Source: an uncultured Bacilli bacterium (GTDB lineage: Bacteria; Bacillota_I; Bacilli_A; RF39; UBA660). Taken from it: a stretch of DNA of 64,000 nt. A model generated the notes under the pieces. It ran no database searches, was not told where the DNA came from, and worked only from the letters and a program-made list of their open reading frames with translations. Numbering within the stretch: position 1 is the stretch's first letter; every line of letters begins with the position of its first letter. The position numbers and the translations under genes are program-made. The DNA lies in NCBI GenBank assembly GCA_910588025.1, contig CAJUQG010000004.1:3086-67085 (forward strand), written 5' to 3'. Below, piece by piece: positions 47,530-57,819 of this stretch.

Positions 47530-50500
47530 AAGTGGCAAGAATATCATTGTGAGCGCTGGGGCAGGAAGTGGTAAAACCGCTGTTTTAACAACAAGAGTAC
47601 TTCATAAGTTAGAAAATGGAATACATGTGAATGAATTATTAATTTTAACTTTTACAAAAGCAGCGGCAAGTGAAATGAAAGAGCGAATTCGTAAAAACTT
47701 AAGAAAAAAGCCAGATTTAAAACCTGAGTTATTACTACTTGACACAGCTTATGTGACAACGTTTGATTCTTTTTCGTTATCGATTGTCAAAAAGTATCAT
47801 TACCTTTTAAATGTTTCATCAAATTTAAAAATTACAGATAATACGATGATTGAAATGTTGCGAAAAGATGTTCTAAGAAAGACAATGGATAAATTTTATA
47901 CAAATAAAGATGTCAACTTTTTAAAGCTCATTGATGAATTTTGTGTCAAAGATGACCATGAAATTTACGATGCGATGTTAAATATATCAAAATCTTTCGA
48001 AAAAGACTTTACCAAATTAGAACGATTAGACGGTTATCAACAGCTTTATTTTAGCGAGCAAAAAATAGAAGAATATTTAAACGAATTTGAGCAATTAGTT
48101 ATTAAAAAACAAAGTGATTTAAAAGAGAAAATAAACGAATTTGAACGAATCGCGTCTAAAGATTATATTAGTAAAATTTATGAAAATCTAAATGGATTAT
48201 TATCGTTTTCAACTATTGACGATTTAGTAAGTGTAAAATCTTCGAAAATACCACCTCTTCCTAAAAATTCTGAAGAGGAAATTAAAGAAGAAAAAGAACA
48301 ATTAAATAATGTATTAAAAGATTTAAAAAAATTATTGGATTATGGTACAAAAGAGCAATTGAAAAACGATTTGTTGCAACTAAAAGAATTTGTTAATATA
48401 TTTGTGCTAGTATTGAAAGATTATTTGAAGGAGTTTGAAAATCAAAAAAAGGAAAAGAACTATTATGATTTTAATGATATTGCTTTTTTAGCTTTAAATT
48501 TGCTCAAAAATAATCAAGAAGTATGCGATGAAATAAAAAATAGTTTTAAAGAGATTATGATTGACGAATATCAAGATACCAATGATATTCAAGAAGAATT
48601 TATTCGATTAATTTCTCAAAATAATGTTTACATGGTAGGTGACATTAAACAAAGTATTTATCGGTTTCGAAATGCTAATCCTTATCTATTTAAAAAGAAA
48701 TATGATAATTATCGCCAAAAAATAAATGGAGAAAAAATTGACTTATTAAAAAATTTTCGTTCCCGAAAAGAAGTGTTACAAAATATAAATTTGATTTTCA
48801 ATAATATTATGATAGATAACTTTGGAGGAGCAAATTATCTAGAAGAGCATCAAATGGTTTTTGGTAATCAAGATTATTTAGAAAAAGGTCTTACCTCTGA
48901 AAATTATAATATGGAAATATTGACTTATGAAAATCCTAAAAATACTGGTTTTACTAAAGAAGAACTTGAAGTGTTTGCAATTGGCAAAGATATTCAAAAA
49001 AAAATAAACGAAGGATATTTACTATATAATAAAGATGAAAATCAAGTCCATCCAGCTAAATATCAAGATTTTGTTATTTTAATGGACCGAAGCAGTAGTT
49101 TTGATCTATACAAAAAAATATTTAATTATTTAAAAATTCCTATTTCTATTGAGAAAGATGAAACATTAAATGATTCTACTTGTTTTTTAGTAATTAAAAA
49201 TTTATTGAAAGTTCTTCTTTCGTATACAGAGAAAAATTTTGACACAAACTTTCGCTTTTCTTTTGTGAGCGTTTTAAGAAGTTTTTTATTCAATTATCAA
49301 GACCAAGCAATTTATGATTTATTACAATCTTCTTCATGGTATCAAAATCAATTATATGAAACAATTCGGCCTATCTTAAACAATATTTCAACGAAATCGA
49401 TAACTAAAATATTGCACGAAGTTTATGAGTGCACTGAATTATATCGTAAAATGATTCAAATTGGTGATATAAAAGAAAATATGATGATTCTGTCAAGTAT
49501 TCAAAATTTAGCTGAAAATTATCAACTTGAAGGAAAAAACTTGAAATCTTTTTATGAATTTTTATCACGAATTAACAAAGAAGAAATGAATATAACTTAT
49601 ACAAATGAAACAACCAGTAATGAATGTGTAAAGATTATGACTATCCATAAATCCAAAGGTCTAGAATATCCTATTTGTTATTTTAGTGGATTATATAAAA
49701 ACTTTAATATTTCAGATGTGAAAGAAAAATTTATATATGATAAAAAATATGGAATCATAACACCTTTGAAAGAAGAGGGGATGTATAGTTGCTTCCTAAA
49801 AGAATTAATAAAAGAAAATTATTTAATAGAAGAAATTTCTGAAAAAATTCGTTTATTTTATGTAGCTGTAACAAGAGCAAAAGAAAAAATGATTTTTCTC
49901 GTACCAAAAAAAGAAAAAGAATTTCCAAATGGTATTCAAAATCAGCAAATAAAGTGTCGCTCTTTAGCAGATTTTTTATATATGATTTGGGACTATTTAA
50001 AATCATATCAAATTCCTGTAAATCAAAACGAGATTTCTTTAACAAAAAATTATTTAAATACAGAACTTGAAAAAAATTGGCAAAAAAACAGTAAGTTAAA
50101 ATTACAGATTCAAGAATTAGAATATCAAAAAGAAGAAAAATCCCAGATAAAATATTCCAAAAATATGATTTCATTAAATAACCTAGAAGACGATAAAAAC
50201 ATAAAACTAGGTTTAAAAATTCATGAATATCTTGAACTAATTGACTTTCATAATCCAGATTATTCTGTTATATCTGAAAAAATAATTCAAAATAAAATTA
50301 AAAAGTTTTTAAATTCTTCATTTTTACAAAAACGGTTGAATGGAGAAATTTATAAAGAATACGAATTTGTTTTTGAAAATGAAAATAAAGAGCATCACGG
50401 TATTATTGATCTAATGATAATTGAGGATAATTTAATTACGATTGTGGATTATAAATTAAATCATTTATTCGATGAAGCCTATATTAAGCAATTAAATGGT

Positions 50501-50608
50501 TACCAAGAATATATAAAAGAACAAAGTGGAAAACCAGTTGAACTGTACTTATATTCTATTTTAAAAGAGGATTTTTTAGCTATTAAAAACAATCAAGTTA
50601 TGTTATGA
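47480..50608 (+). CDS. addA: ATP-dependent helicase/nuclease subunit A (AddA, UvrD-like)
   Basis: The N-terminus WTKEQSDAIYKSGKNIIVSAGAGSGKTAVL (Walker A), DEYQDTN, a UvrD helicase core and a C-terminal RecB-family nuclease (GIIDLMI...VDYK) are present. The start is either GTG 47480 or TTG 47489. Confidence 0.85.
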   Translation: MITLPTWTKEQSDAIYKSGKNIIVSAGAGSGKTAVLTTRVLHKLENGIHVNELLILTFTKAAASEMKERIRKNLRKKPDLKPELLLLDTAYVTTFDSFSLSIVKKYHYLLNVSSNLKITDNTMIEMLRKDVLRKTMDKFYTNKDVNFLKLIDEFCVKDDHEIYDAMLNISKSFEKDFTKLERLDGYQQLYFSEQKIEEYLNEFEQLVIKKQSDLKEKINEFERIASKDYISKIYENLNGLLSFSTIDDLVSVKSSKIPPLPKNSEEEIKEEKEQLNNVLKDLKKLLDYGTKEQLKNDLLQLKEFVNIFVLVLKDYLKEFENQKKEKNYYDFNDIAFLALNLLKNNQEVCDEIKNSFKEIMIDEYQDTNDIQEEFIRLISQNNVYMVGDIKQSIYRFRNANPYLFKKKYDNYRQKINGEKIDLLKNFRSRKEVLQNINLIFNNIMIDNFGGANYLEEHQMVFGNQDYLEKGLTSENYNMEILTYENPKNTGFTKEELEVFAIGKDIQKKINEGYLLYNKDENQVHPAKYQDFVILMDRSSSFDLYKKIFNYLKIPISIEKDETLNDSTCFLVIKNLLKVLLSYTEKNFDTNFRFSFVSVLRSFLFNYQDQAIYDLLQSSSWYQNQLYETIRPILNNISTKSITKILHEVYECTELYRKMIQIGDIKENMMILSSIQNLAENYQLEGKNLKSFYEFLSRINKEEMNITYTNETTSNECVKIMTIHKSKGLEYPICYFSGLYKNFNISDVKEKFIYDKKYGIITPLKEEGMYSCFLKELIKENYLIEEISEKIRLFYVAVTRAKEKMIFLVPKKEKEFPNGIQNQQIKCRSLADFLYMIWDYLKSYQIPVNQNEISLTKNYLNTELEKNWQKNSKLKLQIQELEYQKEEKSQIKYSKNMISLNNLEDDKNIKLGLKIHEYLELIDFHNPDYSVISEKIIQNKIKKFLNSSFLQKRLNGEIYKEYEFVFENENKEHHGIIDLMIIEDNLITIVDYKLNHLFDEAYIKQLNGYQEYIKEQSGKPVELYLYSILKEDFLAIKNNQVML

Positions 50609-50626
50609 TTATTTTAGGAGGAAAGT

Positions 50627-51523
50627 ATGAAAGAATTTTACATGGATCTAGGTTCTTCAACAATAAAATTTTATGAATACACTACTGAATTAAAATTGTT
50701 AGAGGAACATTCAATTTATTTTAAAAACGATTTTTCGAAAACAGAAGGAATTAGCAAAGAAAATCAAAATGAACTTTTAAATTATTTGAAATCATTAAAA
50801 GAAAAATATAACTTACGTTATGAAAATACCCATATTTTTGTTACGGGAATATTTCGTGAATTAACTTTTGAAAAAAAACAAGAACTAGTTAAATTATTTA
50901 ATAATGAATTAGACCTTCATTTTAATATTATTAGTCATGGTATAGAAAACTATTATTTAGGAAAAGCAATGGAAAATAACTATAACAATAAGAAAGTTTT
51001 AGTTATTAACATGGGTGGAAAAACTACAGAATTAGTAACGTTTGAAAATAATAAAATAACTGAAAGAAGTAATTTGAAAGTTGGCGTTGCTGATTTATTA
51101 AATGCCTTTCCCGATGCAAATCAAAGTATTTCTAAGGTAAGTATTGAAGAAGTAGAAGAGTTTGTAAAAGAAAAATTAACAGGAGAAAAATTTTCCGAAA
51201 ATTACGATTGTGCAATTTTTACGGGCGGTGAAGAACGCTTTGAATTACTAACAGACTTTCCTTTAGAAAAGAATACCTTATTTCAAGATGGAATTCATAA
51301 ATACATGATATCAACAGAAAAATATGTAGAGTCATCTAAAAAAGTATTCTTTGAAATAACCTTAGAACAATTATATGAGTTAATGCCTCAAAATCCTAAA
51401 TGGATGGATGGCGCACGTTTAGGAGCAATTTTACCCTTAGCAATCTTTCATCTAGCAAACATTCCTTATATAGTGCCATCAGATTTGAATTTAATAAACG
51501 GTGTCATCAATGACCAAAAATAA
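50627..51523 (+). CDS. Ppx/GppA-like ASKHA-fold phosphatase family protein (N-terminal domains only)
   Basis: MDLGSSTIKFYEY, ISHGIENYYLGKAM and NMGGKTTELV are collinear with Ppx/GppA motifs. The protein is 298 aa. Confidence 0.5.
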   Translation: MKEFYMDLGSSTIKFYEYTTELKLLEEHSIYFKNDFSKTEGISKENQNELLNYLKSLKEKYNLRYENTHIFVTGIFRELTFEKKQELVKLFNNELDLHFNIISHGIENYYLGKAMENNYNNKKVLVINMGGKTTELVTFENNKITERSNLKVGVADLLNAFPDANQSISKVSIEEVEEFVKEKLTGEKFSENYDCAIFTGGEERFELLTDFPLEKNTLFQDGIHKYMISTEKYVESSKKVFFEITLEQLYELMPQNPKWMDGARLGAILPLAIFHLANIPYIVPSDLNLINGVINDQK

Positions 51524-51547
51524 ACTGCTTTAATTAGCAGTTTTTTT
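51523..51547. terminator. bidirectional terminator between convergent genes
   Basis: A 7-bp stem AACTGCT/AGCAGTT with loop TTAATT is followed by TTTTTTT and has an A-rich 5' flank. Confidence 0.55.
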
Positions 51548-52228
51548 GTGACAAACGGAAATAAATTCTTGAAATAGTAATTGGGAATATTCATCAGTAT
51601 CATAATTGGATTCTGGATGCCATTGTACTCCAATAATAAATGTTTTATTTGGTATTTCTATTGCTTCAATGACATTATCTAAACTAACAGCTGTAATGAA
51701 AAAAGAGTCATTAGCTTGTAAACAACTAATATGTCGACTATTTACAGAAATAACATCCGTTTTAAAAATCTTTTTTAATTTCCCACCCAAAATGGAAATA
51801 GTATGGGCATAATTACTATTAGTTTTATGTATACAAGGCGAATCTACTAAAATGGTATGGTCTGAATTTTGATTATTAAAATAAGGAGCACAACCAATCA
51901 TTTGCATTCCAAGACAAATACCTAACATCGGGATATCTTTTTGGTAGGCATAACGATATATTTCTTGTTCAAAACCATACCAACTAGACCCACCTGGAAA
52001 TAAAATTCCATCACATAAATGCACCATATGATGAGTAATATTTTGGTACTTAGTATTATCTGGAAAGAAAGGCGAAATATTCGCCATATCATTTTCATAA
52101 ATAGGTAATAACAAAATAGGAATACCACCAGCTTTAATGATAGCAAGCCGATATTCGTCATATACAAAGCTTTTTGATTTAGTTTCATTATTAAAACGTC
52201 CCACAATACCAATAATCGGTTTTACCAT
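51530..52228 (-). CDS. class I glutamine amidotransferase-like hydrolase (PuuD/peptidase C26 family)
   Basis: The catalytic Cys is in GICLGMQM, and the His region VQWHPE is present. The protein is 232 aa. Confidence 0.8.
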   Translation of the reverse strand: MVKPIIGIVGRFNNETKSKSFVYDEYRLAIIKAGGIPILLLPIYENDMANISPFFPDNTKYQNITHHMVHLCDGILFPGGSSWYGFEQEIYRYAYQKDIPMLGICLGMQMIGCAPYFNNQNSDHTILVDSPCIHKTNSNYAHTISILGGKLKKIFKTDVISVNSRHISCLQANDSFFITAVSLDNVIEAIEIPNKTFIIGVQWHPESNYDTDEYSQLLFQEFISVCHKKTAN

Positions 52229-52308
52229 ACAGTCACCTAATAAAATAGTATGAAAAAAATAAAAAAGTAGAAGGATAGTGCTATAATATTACAAAAGGAG
52301 TGAGAAAA

Positions 52309-52662
52309 ATGAATTTATTTTTGTGGTATCCAAAATGTAGTACTTGTAAAAAAGCATATCAAGAATTACAAGAACTTAATATCGATGTAAAAACAAGAGA
52401 TATAAAAGAAGAAAATCCTACTAAAGAAGAATTAAGAGAATGGTGGAAACGAAGTAGTGTTGATTTAAAAAAGTTTTTTAATACAAGTGGATTGATTTAT
52501 AAAGAACAAAAACTAAAAGAAAAATTACCAAATATGACAGAAGAAGAACAATTAGAATTATTAGCCAGTAATGGTATGCTAGTGAAACGTCCAATTTTAA
52601 TAACAAAAGATAAAATTATAATCGGGTATAAAGAAAAAAATTATCAAAATTTAGAGGGATAG
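52309..52662 (+). CDS. ArsC/Spx/YffB family thioredoxin-fold protein
   Basis: MNLFLWYPKCSTCKKAYQEL carries a redox CxxC at the N-terminus. The protein is about 118 aa, and an AAAGGAG RBS lies 8 nt upstream. Confidence 0.65.
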   Translation: MNLFLWYPKCSTCKKAYQELQELNIDVKTRDIKEENPTKEELREWWKRSSVDLKKFFNTSGLIYKEQKLKEKLPNMTEEEQLELLASNGMLVKRPILITKDKIIIGYKEKNYQNLEG

Positions 52663-52663
52663 A

Positions 52664-53104
52664 ATGGAAATATTAAATAAGATAAAAGAAAATAGTATTT
52701 TAAAAATTAAAGAAGATTTTTATAAAGTATTATCAAAATCTGAATATAATACAGTTGAAAATGATGAAATATATTGGAAATATAAACTTGAACAAAATAA
52801 AATTTTAGTAATTATTCCTTCTGACAAAATAATATATTTTGGAGAAGAAGTAGAAGAAACTAATAGTATAGATTTAAATACTGAAAGATTTATATATAAA
52901 AATGAGGAATATGCGCAAATTGCTAAGGGAAATCAACTTTATTTAAAAACTATTTTTGGAGTGCCTTTAGAAAAAAATTGTATTTTTGTAGATTTTGAAA
53001 ATACAGAAAAAACAAAAGTGTTGAGTTTAGCCGTTCTAGAAAATAATAAACGTTCTGATATTCATGCCAAATACCTTAAAATGGAAGATATTAGTGTATG
53101 CTAA
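52664..53104 (+). CDS. hypothetical protein
   Basis: The 146-aa ORF is tightly packed between neighbouring genes, with coding-like composition and no recognisable motif. Confidence 0.4.
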   Translation: MEILNKIKENSILKIKEDFYKVLSKSEYNTVENDEIYWKYKLEQNKILVIIPSDKIIYFGEEVEETNSIDLNTERFIYKNEEYAQIAKGNQLYLKTIFGVPLEKNCIFVDFENTEKTKVLSLAVLENNKRSDIHAKYLKMEDISVC

Positions 53105-53835
53105 AAACAGTACTAATTACAGGTGCCAGTCGTGGAATCGGTGCTGCCACAGCAAAAGTATTTGCAAGCCATGGATATAATATAATTGTAAACTATAACA
53201 AAAGCAAAGAACAAGCCAAACAATTATGTCAAAATTTAGAAAAAGAATATCACATTAAAGCTATATTTTTAAAAGCAGATATCTCAAACCAACAAGAAAT
53301 TGACACTATGTTGGAAAAAATAAGAAATTTAAACATAGAAATTAATTGCTTGGTAAACAATGCAGGTATCGATAGAGATTCCTTATTTCAAGATAAAAAT
53401 TTTGAAGATTTCGAAACAACGCTCCGAACAAATTTAATTGGTCCTTTTTGGTTAAGCAAAAAAATAGGTAAGGAAATGTACGAAAGAAAACAAGGAAAAA
53501 TTATTAATGTAACTTCAACAAATGCTATAGATACCTATTATCCTTGTAGTGCAGATTATGATGCTTCAAAAGCTGGTTTAGTTTCATTAACACATAATCT
53601 TGCCGTTCAATTTGCTCCCTATATTAATATCAATGCCGTCGCTCCTGGTTGGACAAACACCGATATGGTAAAAGAATTAGATGAAGAATATCGAAGCGAA
53701 GAGGAAGGTAAAATTTTACTTCATCGTTTTGCCGAACCCCAAGAAATTGCTAATGTAATTTATTTTTTAGCAACGGAAGAAGCAAAATACATAAATAATG
53801 AAATTATAAGAGTAGATGGAGGATGGTACTTGTAA
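53098..53835 (+). CDS. SDR family oxidoreductase (FabG-like)
   Basis: A TGASRGIG Rossmann motif, NNAG and a catalytic Y-x3-K (YDASKAG) are present. Confidence 0.85.
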   Translation: MLKTVLITGASRGIGAATAKVFASHGYNIIVNYNKSKEQAKQLCQNLEKEYHIKAIFLKADISNQQEIDTMLEKIRNLNIEINCLVNNAGIDRDSLFQDKNFEDFETTLRTNLIGPFWLSKKIGKEMYERKQGKIINVTSTNAIDTYYPCSADYDASKAGLVSLTHNLAVQFAPYININAVAPGWTNTDMVKELDEEYRSEEEGKILLHRFAEPQEIANVIYFLATEEAKYINNEIIRVDGGWYL

Positions 53836-54725
53836 TGAAAGCAGTAATCCAAATTAAGTCTCGTATTCAAGATTATAAAATAGAGCCTTTTGTAAAAGAA
53901 ATACTAATAGAATCTGGAACGCCCCAAGAATTTTATCGCAAATCTTTACAAGAATTTATGAAAACGAATCAATTAAAATTCACAAGTTTACCAGATTTAA
54001 TAAACCATGGCTTTTGTATTTGTACATTTGATACCAAAGCCAATGTTTATTTCCCAGCTAAATTATCATTTGATCAAGTAGATTGGCTTTACTCATTAAA
54101 AAAAACTTTTGCTAACTATGGCCCGTTTATTCAAGTAATTGACAAAGAAAATATTGAAATGCTTTTTACTAAGAATCCACTTGAAGAATTCTATGATAAA
54201 GTAAATAAAAAAAGTCAAAGAAAAGCAGTTATTATACCAAACGAATATACAATTAATAAACCTATTTTTGAACGTATATTAACTGGCAAAGAGAGACATG
54301 GAATGGCAGCAAAAGAATTTTCTGACCTTTACCATTTAGGATTAACATTTCAAAATATTGGTTTAGAAGAAGATTCTTATAATGGTTATGTATGGTTTCA
54401 AGCAATTAGTATGTTAGGACATCTATCTTTACAAATAGATGACTTTGATAAAATAGCAGTATTACACATTCCAGAAATTATTACCCCCAAACAATTAAAG
54501 TGGGTAAATAGGGAATTCTTAAAAGAAATAGAAGGAATTGATAATGTCAATGCTTGCTCCATAAGAAAAACAGAAAATGATTATCTAATCAAAGAATTTG
54601 TAAGTGATACCCAGCATGAGATATTTGCTCTGGATTCCATTTTAAAAGAAGTGGAAATGAAATATTTATTAGGTAATTTAAAATATGGATTAGTAGGTGA
54701 AAAATATGAATCAAAAAATAAATGA
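53835..54725 (+). CDS. hypothetical protein
   Basis: The roughly 296-aa ORF starts in a TAATG overlap with the upstream gene, after a GGAGGATGG RBS. The family is not recognised. Confidence 0.45.
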   Translation: MKAVIQIKSRIQDYKIEPFVKEILIESGTPQEFYRKSLQEFMKTNQLKFTSLPDLINHGFCICTFDTKANVYFPAKLSFDQVDWLYSLKKTFANYGPFIQVIDKENIEMLFTKNPLEEFYDKVNKKSQRKAVIIPNEYTINKPIFERILTGKERHGMAAKEFSDLYHLGLTFQNIGLEEDSYNGYVWFQAISMLGHLSLQIDDFDKIAVLHIPEIITPKQLKWVNREFLKEIEGIDNVNACSIRKTENDYLIKEFVSDTQHEIFALDSILKEVEMKYLLGNLKYGLVGEKYESKNK

Positions 54726-55947
54726 TATTTATAAACAAGTAGAACCCAAATTAAAAAATATATTTCAGGACATTGATTATATTTGCGAACAAAACAGTCA
54801 AAAAGTAATAGAAGCCTTTTGGCAAAATCATGTTTCAGAAATTCATTTTAATAGTACAACAGGATATGGATATAACGATATTGGAAGAGATGTGATTGAA
54901 AATATTTATGCAAGTATTTTTAAAGCAGAAGATGCTCTAGTTAGAAACCAATTTATCTCAGGGTCTCACGCTTTATCTACCACATTATTTGCCTTACTAA
55001 GACCAAATGATTTACTATTATCTATTACAGGCACACCATATGATACTCTCCATGAAGTAATTGGTATCAAAGATAATCCAAGTTCCCTAAAATCTTTCGG
55101 GGTTCAATATCATGAGATTCCTTTAAAAAATAATGAATTTGCTGAAGATGAAATCTTAACTTTTTTAGCCCAAAACAACGTAAAAGTAATTGAAATACAA
55201 CGCTCAAAAGGATACTCAACTAGAAAAAGTATTACGATTGAAAAATTACAAACAATCATTCCTAAAATAAAAAAAATAAGCCCAAATACTATTATTATGA
55301 TAGATAATTGTTATTGTGAATTTGTTGATACCAAAGAGCCTATTGAAATTGGTGCAGACATTTGCGTTGGATCTTTGATAAAAAACATGGGTGGTGGAAT
55401 GGCCCCAAATGGTGCTTATATCGTCGGACGAAAAGATTTAATCCAATTGTGTGCTGAACGCTTAACCCTACCAGGAGAAGGAAAAGAAGTTGGACCATCA
55501 CTTGGCATTAATCGTGACTTTTTAAAAGGTATATATTTTGCACCATCAGTTGTCAAAAGTGCGTTAAAAACAGCCGTATTAACTAGTGCTTTATTAGAAG
55601 AATTAGACTACGATGTGGAACCAAAATATCAAGAAAAGCGAGCAGATATAGTTCAAAATATTATATTTCATAACAAAGAAGATTTAATTTCTTATTGTCA
55701 AGGAATCCAATCTGGTTCCCCAATAGATGCTCATTCACTACCAATTCCAGACGATATGCCAGGGTATGATGACCATGTAATCATGGCAGCTGGAACATTT
55801 ATTCAAGGCTCTTCCATAGAATTATCTTGTGATGGACCTTTAAGAGAACCTTATATTGCTTATCAGCAAGGCTCTTTAACGTACGAATATGGTAAAATTA
55901 ATGTATTAAAAGCTGTAGAATATTTATTAGAAAAAAAGAATAATTAG
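54706..55947 (+). CDS. YnbB/aluminium-resistance-type PLP-dependent enzyme (Met_gamma_lyase-like family)
   Basis: The protein is about 413 aa. The N-terminal region (YGYNDIGRDVIENIYASIF...ISGSHALSTTLFALLRP) is collinear with Bacillus YnbB. An AGGTGA RBS lies 5 nt upstream. Confidence 0.65.
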   Translation: MNQKINDIYKQVEPKLKNIFQDIDYICEQNSQKVIEAFWQNHVSEIHFNSTTGYGYNDIGRDVIENIYASIFKAEDALVRNQFISGSHALSTTLFALLRPNDLLLSITGTPYDTLHEVIGIKDNPSSLKSFGVQYHEIPLKNNEFAEDEILTFLAQNNVKVIEIQRSKGYSTRKSITIEKLQTIIPKIKKISPNTIIMIDNCYCEFVDTKEPIEIGADICVGSLIKNMGGGMAPNGAYIVGRKDLIQLCAERLTLPGEGKEVGPSLGINRDFLKGIYFAPSVVKSALKTAVLTSALLEELDYDVEPKYQEKRADIVQNIIFHNKEDLISYCQGIQSGSPIDAHSLPIPDDMPGYDDHVIMAAGTFIQGSSIELSCDGPLREPYIAYQQGSLTYEYGKINVLKAVEYLLEKKNN

Positions 55948-55954
55948 GGATTTG

Positions 55955-56105
55955 ATGAAACTGGTTTGTCAATCAAGGTAATCCTTGGTTCAACCGTGGT
56001 GGTGCTTTTACGAATGGTACAGAATCTGGTGTGTTTGCTTTTGATAATGAAAACGGTCACACGAAACCTTGGGGTAGTTTTCGCGTCCAGTACACTATGA
56101 TATGA
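55955..56105 (+). pseudogene. GC-rich orphan coding remnant (no start codon)
   Basis: An open frame translates to NWFVNQGNPWFNRGGAFTNGTESGVFAFDNENGHTKPWGSFRVQYTMI and is preceded by in-frame stops. Local GC is about 42% versus about 27% in the surroundings. Confidence 0.25.
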
Positions 56106-56189
56106 GAAATAAAAATTACTAACAGTAAATTATAAAATATCATAGAAATCAAATTCCTGTCCCTTGGGATAAACACATAAAAAAATAAC

Positions 56190-56226
56190 ATAGGTTAGTA
56201 AAAATGAAAGCCTATGTTTTTTATTA
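56190..56226 (+). terminator. terminator downstream of the remnant
   Basis: A 7-bp stem ACATAGG/CCTATGT with a roughly 16-nt loop is followed by TTTTTTA. Confidence 0.4.
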
Positions 56227-56261
56227 CTAGAAATATGGTATAATAAAAACAGGTGGTACTT

Positions 56262-56531
56262 ATGGAAAAAGACATATTTATATTAGAAACAGAAAATGGA
56301 CCTATTACATGTGAAATAATCGAAAATCTTTATATAAATGAATATCAAAAAAATTATGTGATCTATACTGATCATACAAAAGACGAAAATAATGAATTAA
56401 ATTTATACATTTCTAGTTATGACCCCCAAAGTGAAAAACATGAACTAGAAGATATAAAAGACTCAGAAGAATTAGAAAAAGTCGCCAATATTATTGACGA
56501 AATGTGGAGTGAAGAAGATGGAAAGCAGTAA
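56262..56531 (+). CDS. DUF1292 (UPF0473/YrzB-like) family protein
   Basis: IFILETENGPITCEIIENLYINEYQKNYVIYTD ... is followed by an acidic C-terminus. An extended -10 TGGTATAAT and a CAGGTGG RBS are present. Confidence 0.6.
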   Translation: MEKDIFILETENGPITCEIIENLYINEYQKNYVIYTDHTKDENNELNLYISSYDPQSEKHELEDIKDSEELEKVANIIDEMWSEEDGKQ

Positions 56532-57819
56532 AAAACAAAAAATAGACTCTCAAGAACAACTATTAGAATTTTTAACTAAATTAAATGAAAAAATAATCTC
56601 AATTTCAATCCATGATAATATTGTTAAGATTTATGTAGCAAGTGGAAAAACATATATTTTTAAAAAACAAAATGACCAATATATTAAAATAATGGAACGA
56701 AATAAAAATAAATCAAAAAAACAAAATTACAAAACCAAAAAAGGAGTAGTAAAACCTTCTTTTGTTCAAAAAATAACTTCCTCTGCAATCATTTTGTTTA
56801 TCTTAGCAAGTACTGCCAAAACAGTAAATTATTATGCAAATACCTTTGAAACAAAACAAGCTTTAGATAATGAGTATGATTTAGAAAAATCCTTAAAAGA
56901 AGCAAATAATGACAATATAATCTCAATTACTACAACAAATACAATTGTATCTTCTCCATTAAAGAAAGACGAAACAGAAGTATATTATCAAAATATTCCT
57001 ATTGATTTTGAATTTATTCAAAGCCAAAGATTTATGAAAAGAATAGAAACCGATAATTTATATGGAAATGTTATTGAAAATTGGTCAGAAAGATGGGGAA
57101 CATCCTGTAATTTAATGAAAGCTCTAATTACCCAAGAAAGAGACGAAAAAACATTATCAAATCCAGGACAATTAACTAGAAATATTTGTGGAGAGAAAAT
57201 AATATTACCTATAATAAATAAAACCAAAGAAGATATCGAAAATGGCAAAGAAGTTGACAAAATATATATTGTGCGCGAAGAACCAAAAAAAGAAAATTAT
57301 CAAAAAGAAGAAGACTATTTAGTTCAATTAGATTTACATAAAAAACAATTAGAAAAAAGCAAAGAATTAAAACAAGAAGGTTATGAAATAATCTTATTTT
57401 CTAATTTATTGGGGGAAGAAAACTGTTACGAAAATGTTCGAATCGCAATTGCATTTGCTACCTATAGTAACTATCGTTTCAATGACCCAGCCTTAGGTAC
57501 TTTTGCTTATAATGCAGGATATAATATGACGAAAAATGCTCAATTAAATGATATTTTAAATGGTAATGTGGGATCAGACTATACAGATAAACATTATTTA
57601 TCTCATGTATTTCGCTTTCTTTATCCAGAAGAAGCTACTAATTTAAAATTTATTACCAAGCCTTTTCCAGACAATTGGAACGAAATGACTTATGAACAAC
57701 GTAACCACTATATGAATGAAGAAATAAAAAATAAACCATATACTTATACCGTTATTTCTTTAGAAAACTTTAAGGAGTACAACGATGAAAAAGAAATTGG
57801 ACATTATACACGAAGATAA
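56518..57819 (+). CDS. membrane-anchored hypothetical protein
   Basis: An N-terminal TM helix is present after about 90 aa. A GGAGTGA RBS is present. An alternative TTG start lies at 56494. Confidence 0.45.
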   Translation: MESSKKQKIDSQEQLLEFLTKLNEKIISISIHDNIVKIYVASGKTYIFKKQNDQYIKIMERNKNKSKKQNYKTKKGVVKPSFVQKITSSAIILFILASTAKTVNYYANTFETKQALDNEYDLEKSLKEANNDNIISITTTNTIVSSPLKKDETEVYYQNIPIDFEFIQSQRFMKRIETDNLYGNVIENWSERWGTSCNLMKALITQERDEKTLSNPGQLTRNICGEKIILPIINKTKEDIENGKEVDKIYIVREEPKKENYQKEEDYLVQLDLHKKQLEKSKELKQEGYEIILFSNLLGEENCYENVRIAIAFATYSNYRFNDPALGTFAYNAGYNMTKNAQLNDILNGNVGSDYTDKHYLSHVFRFLYPEEATNLKFITKPFPDNWNEMTYEQRNHYMNEEIKNKPYTYTVISLENFKEYNDEKEIGHYTRR

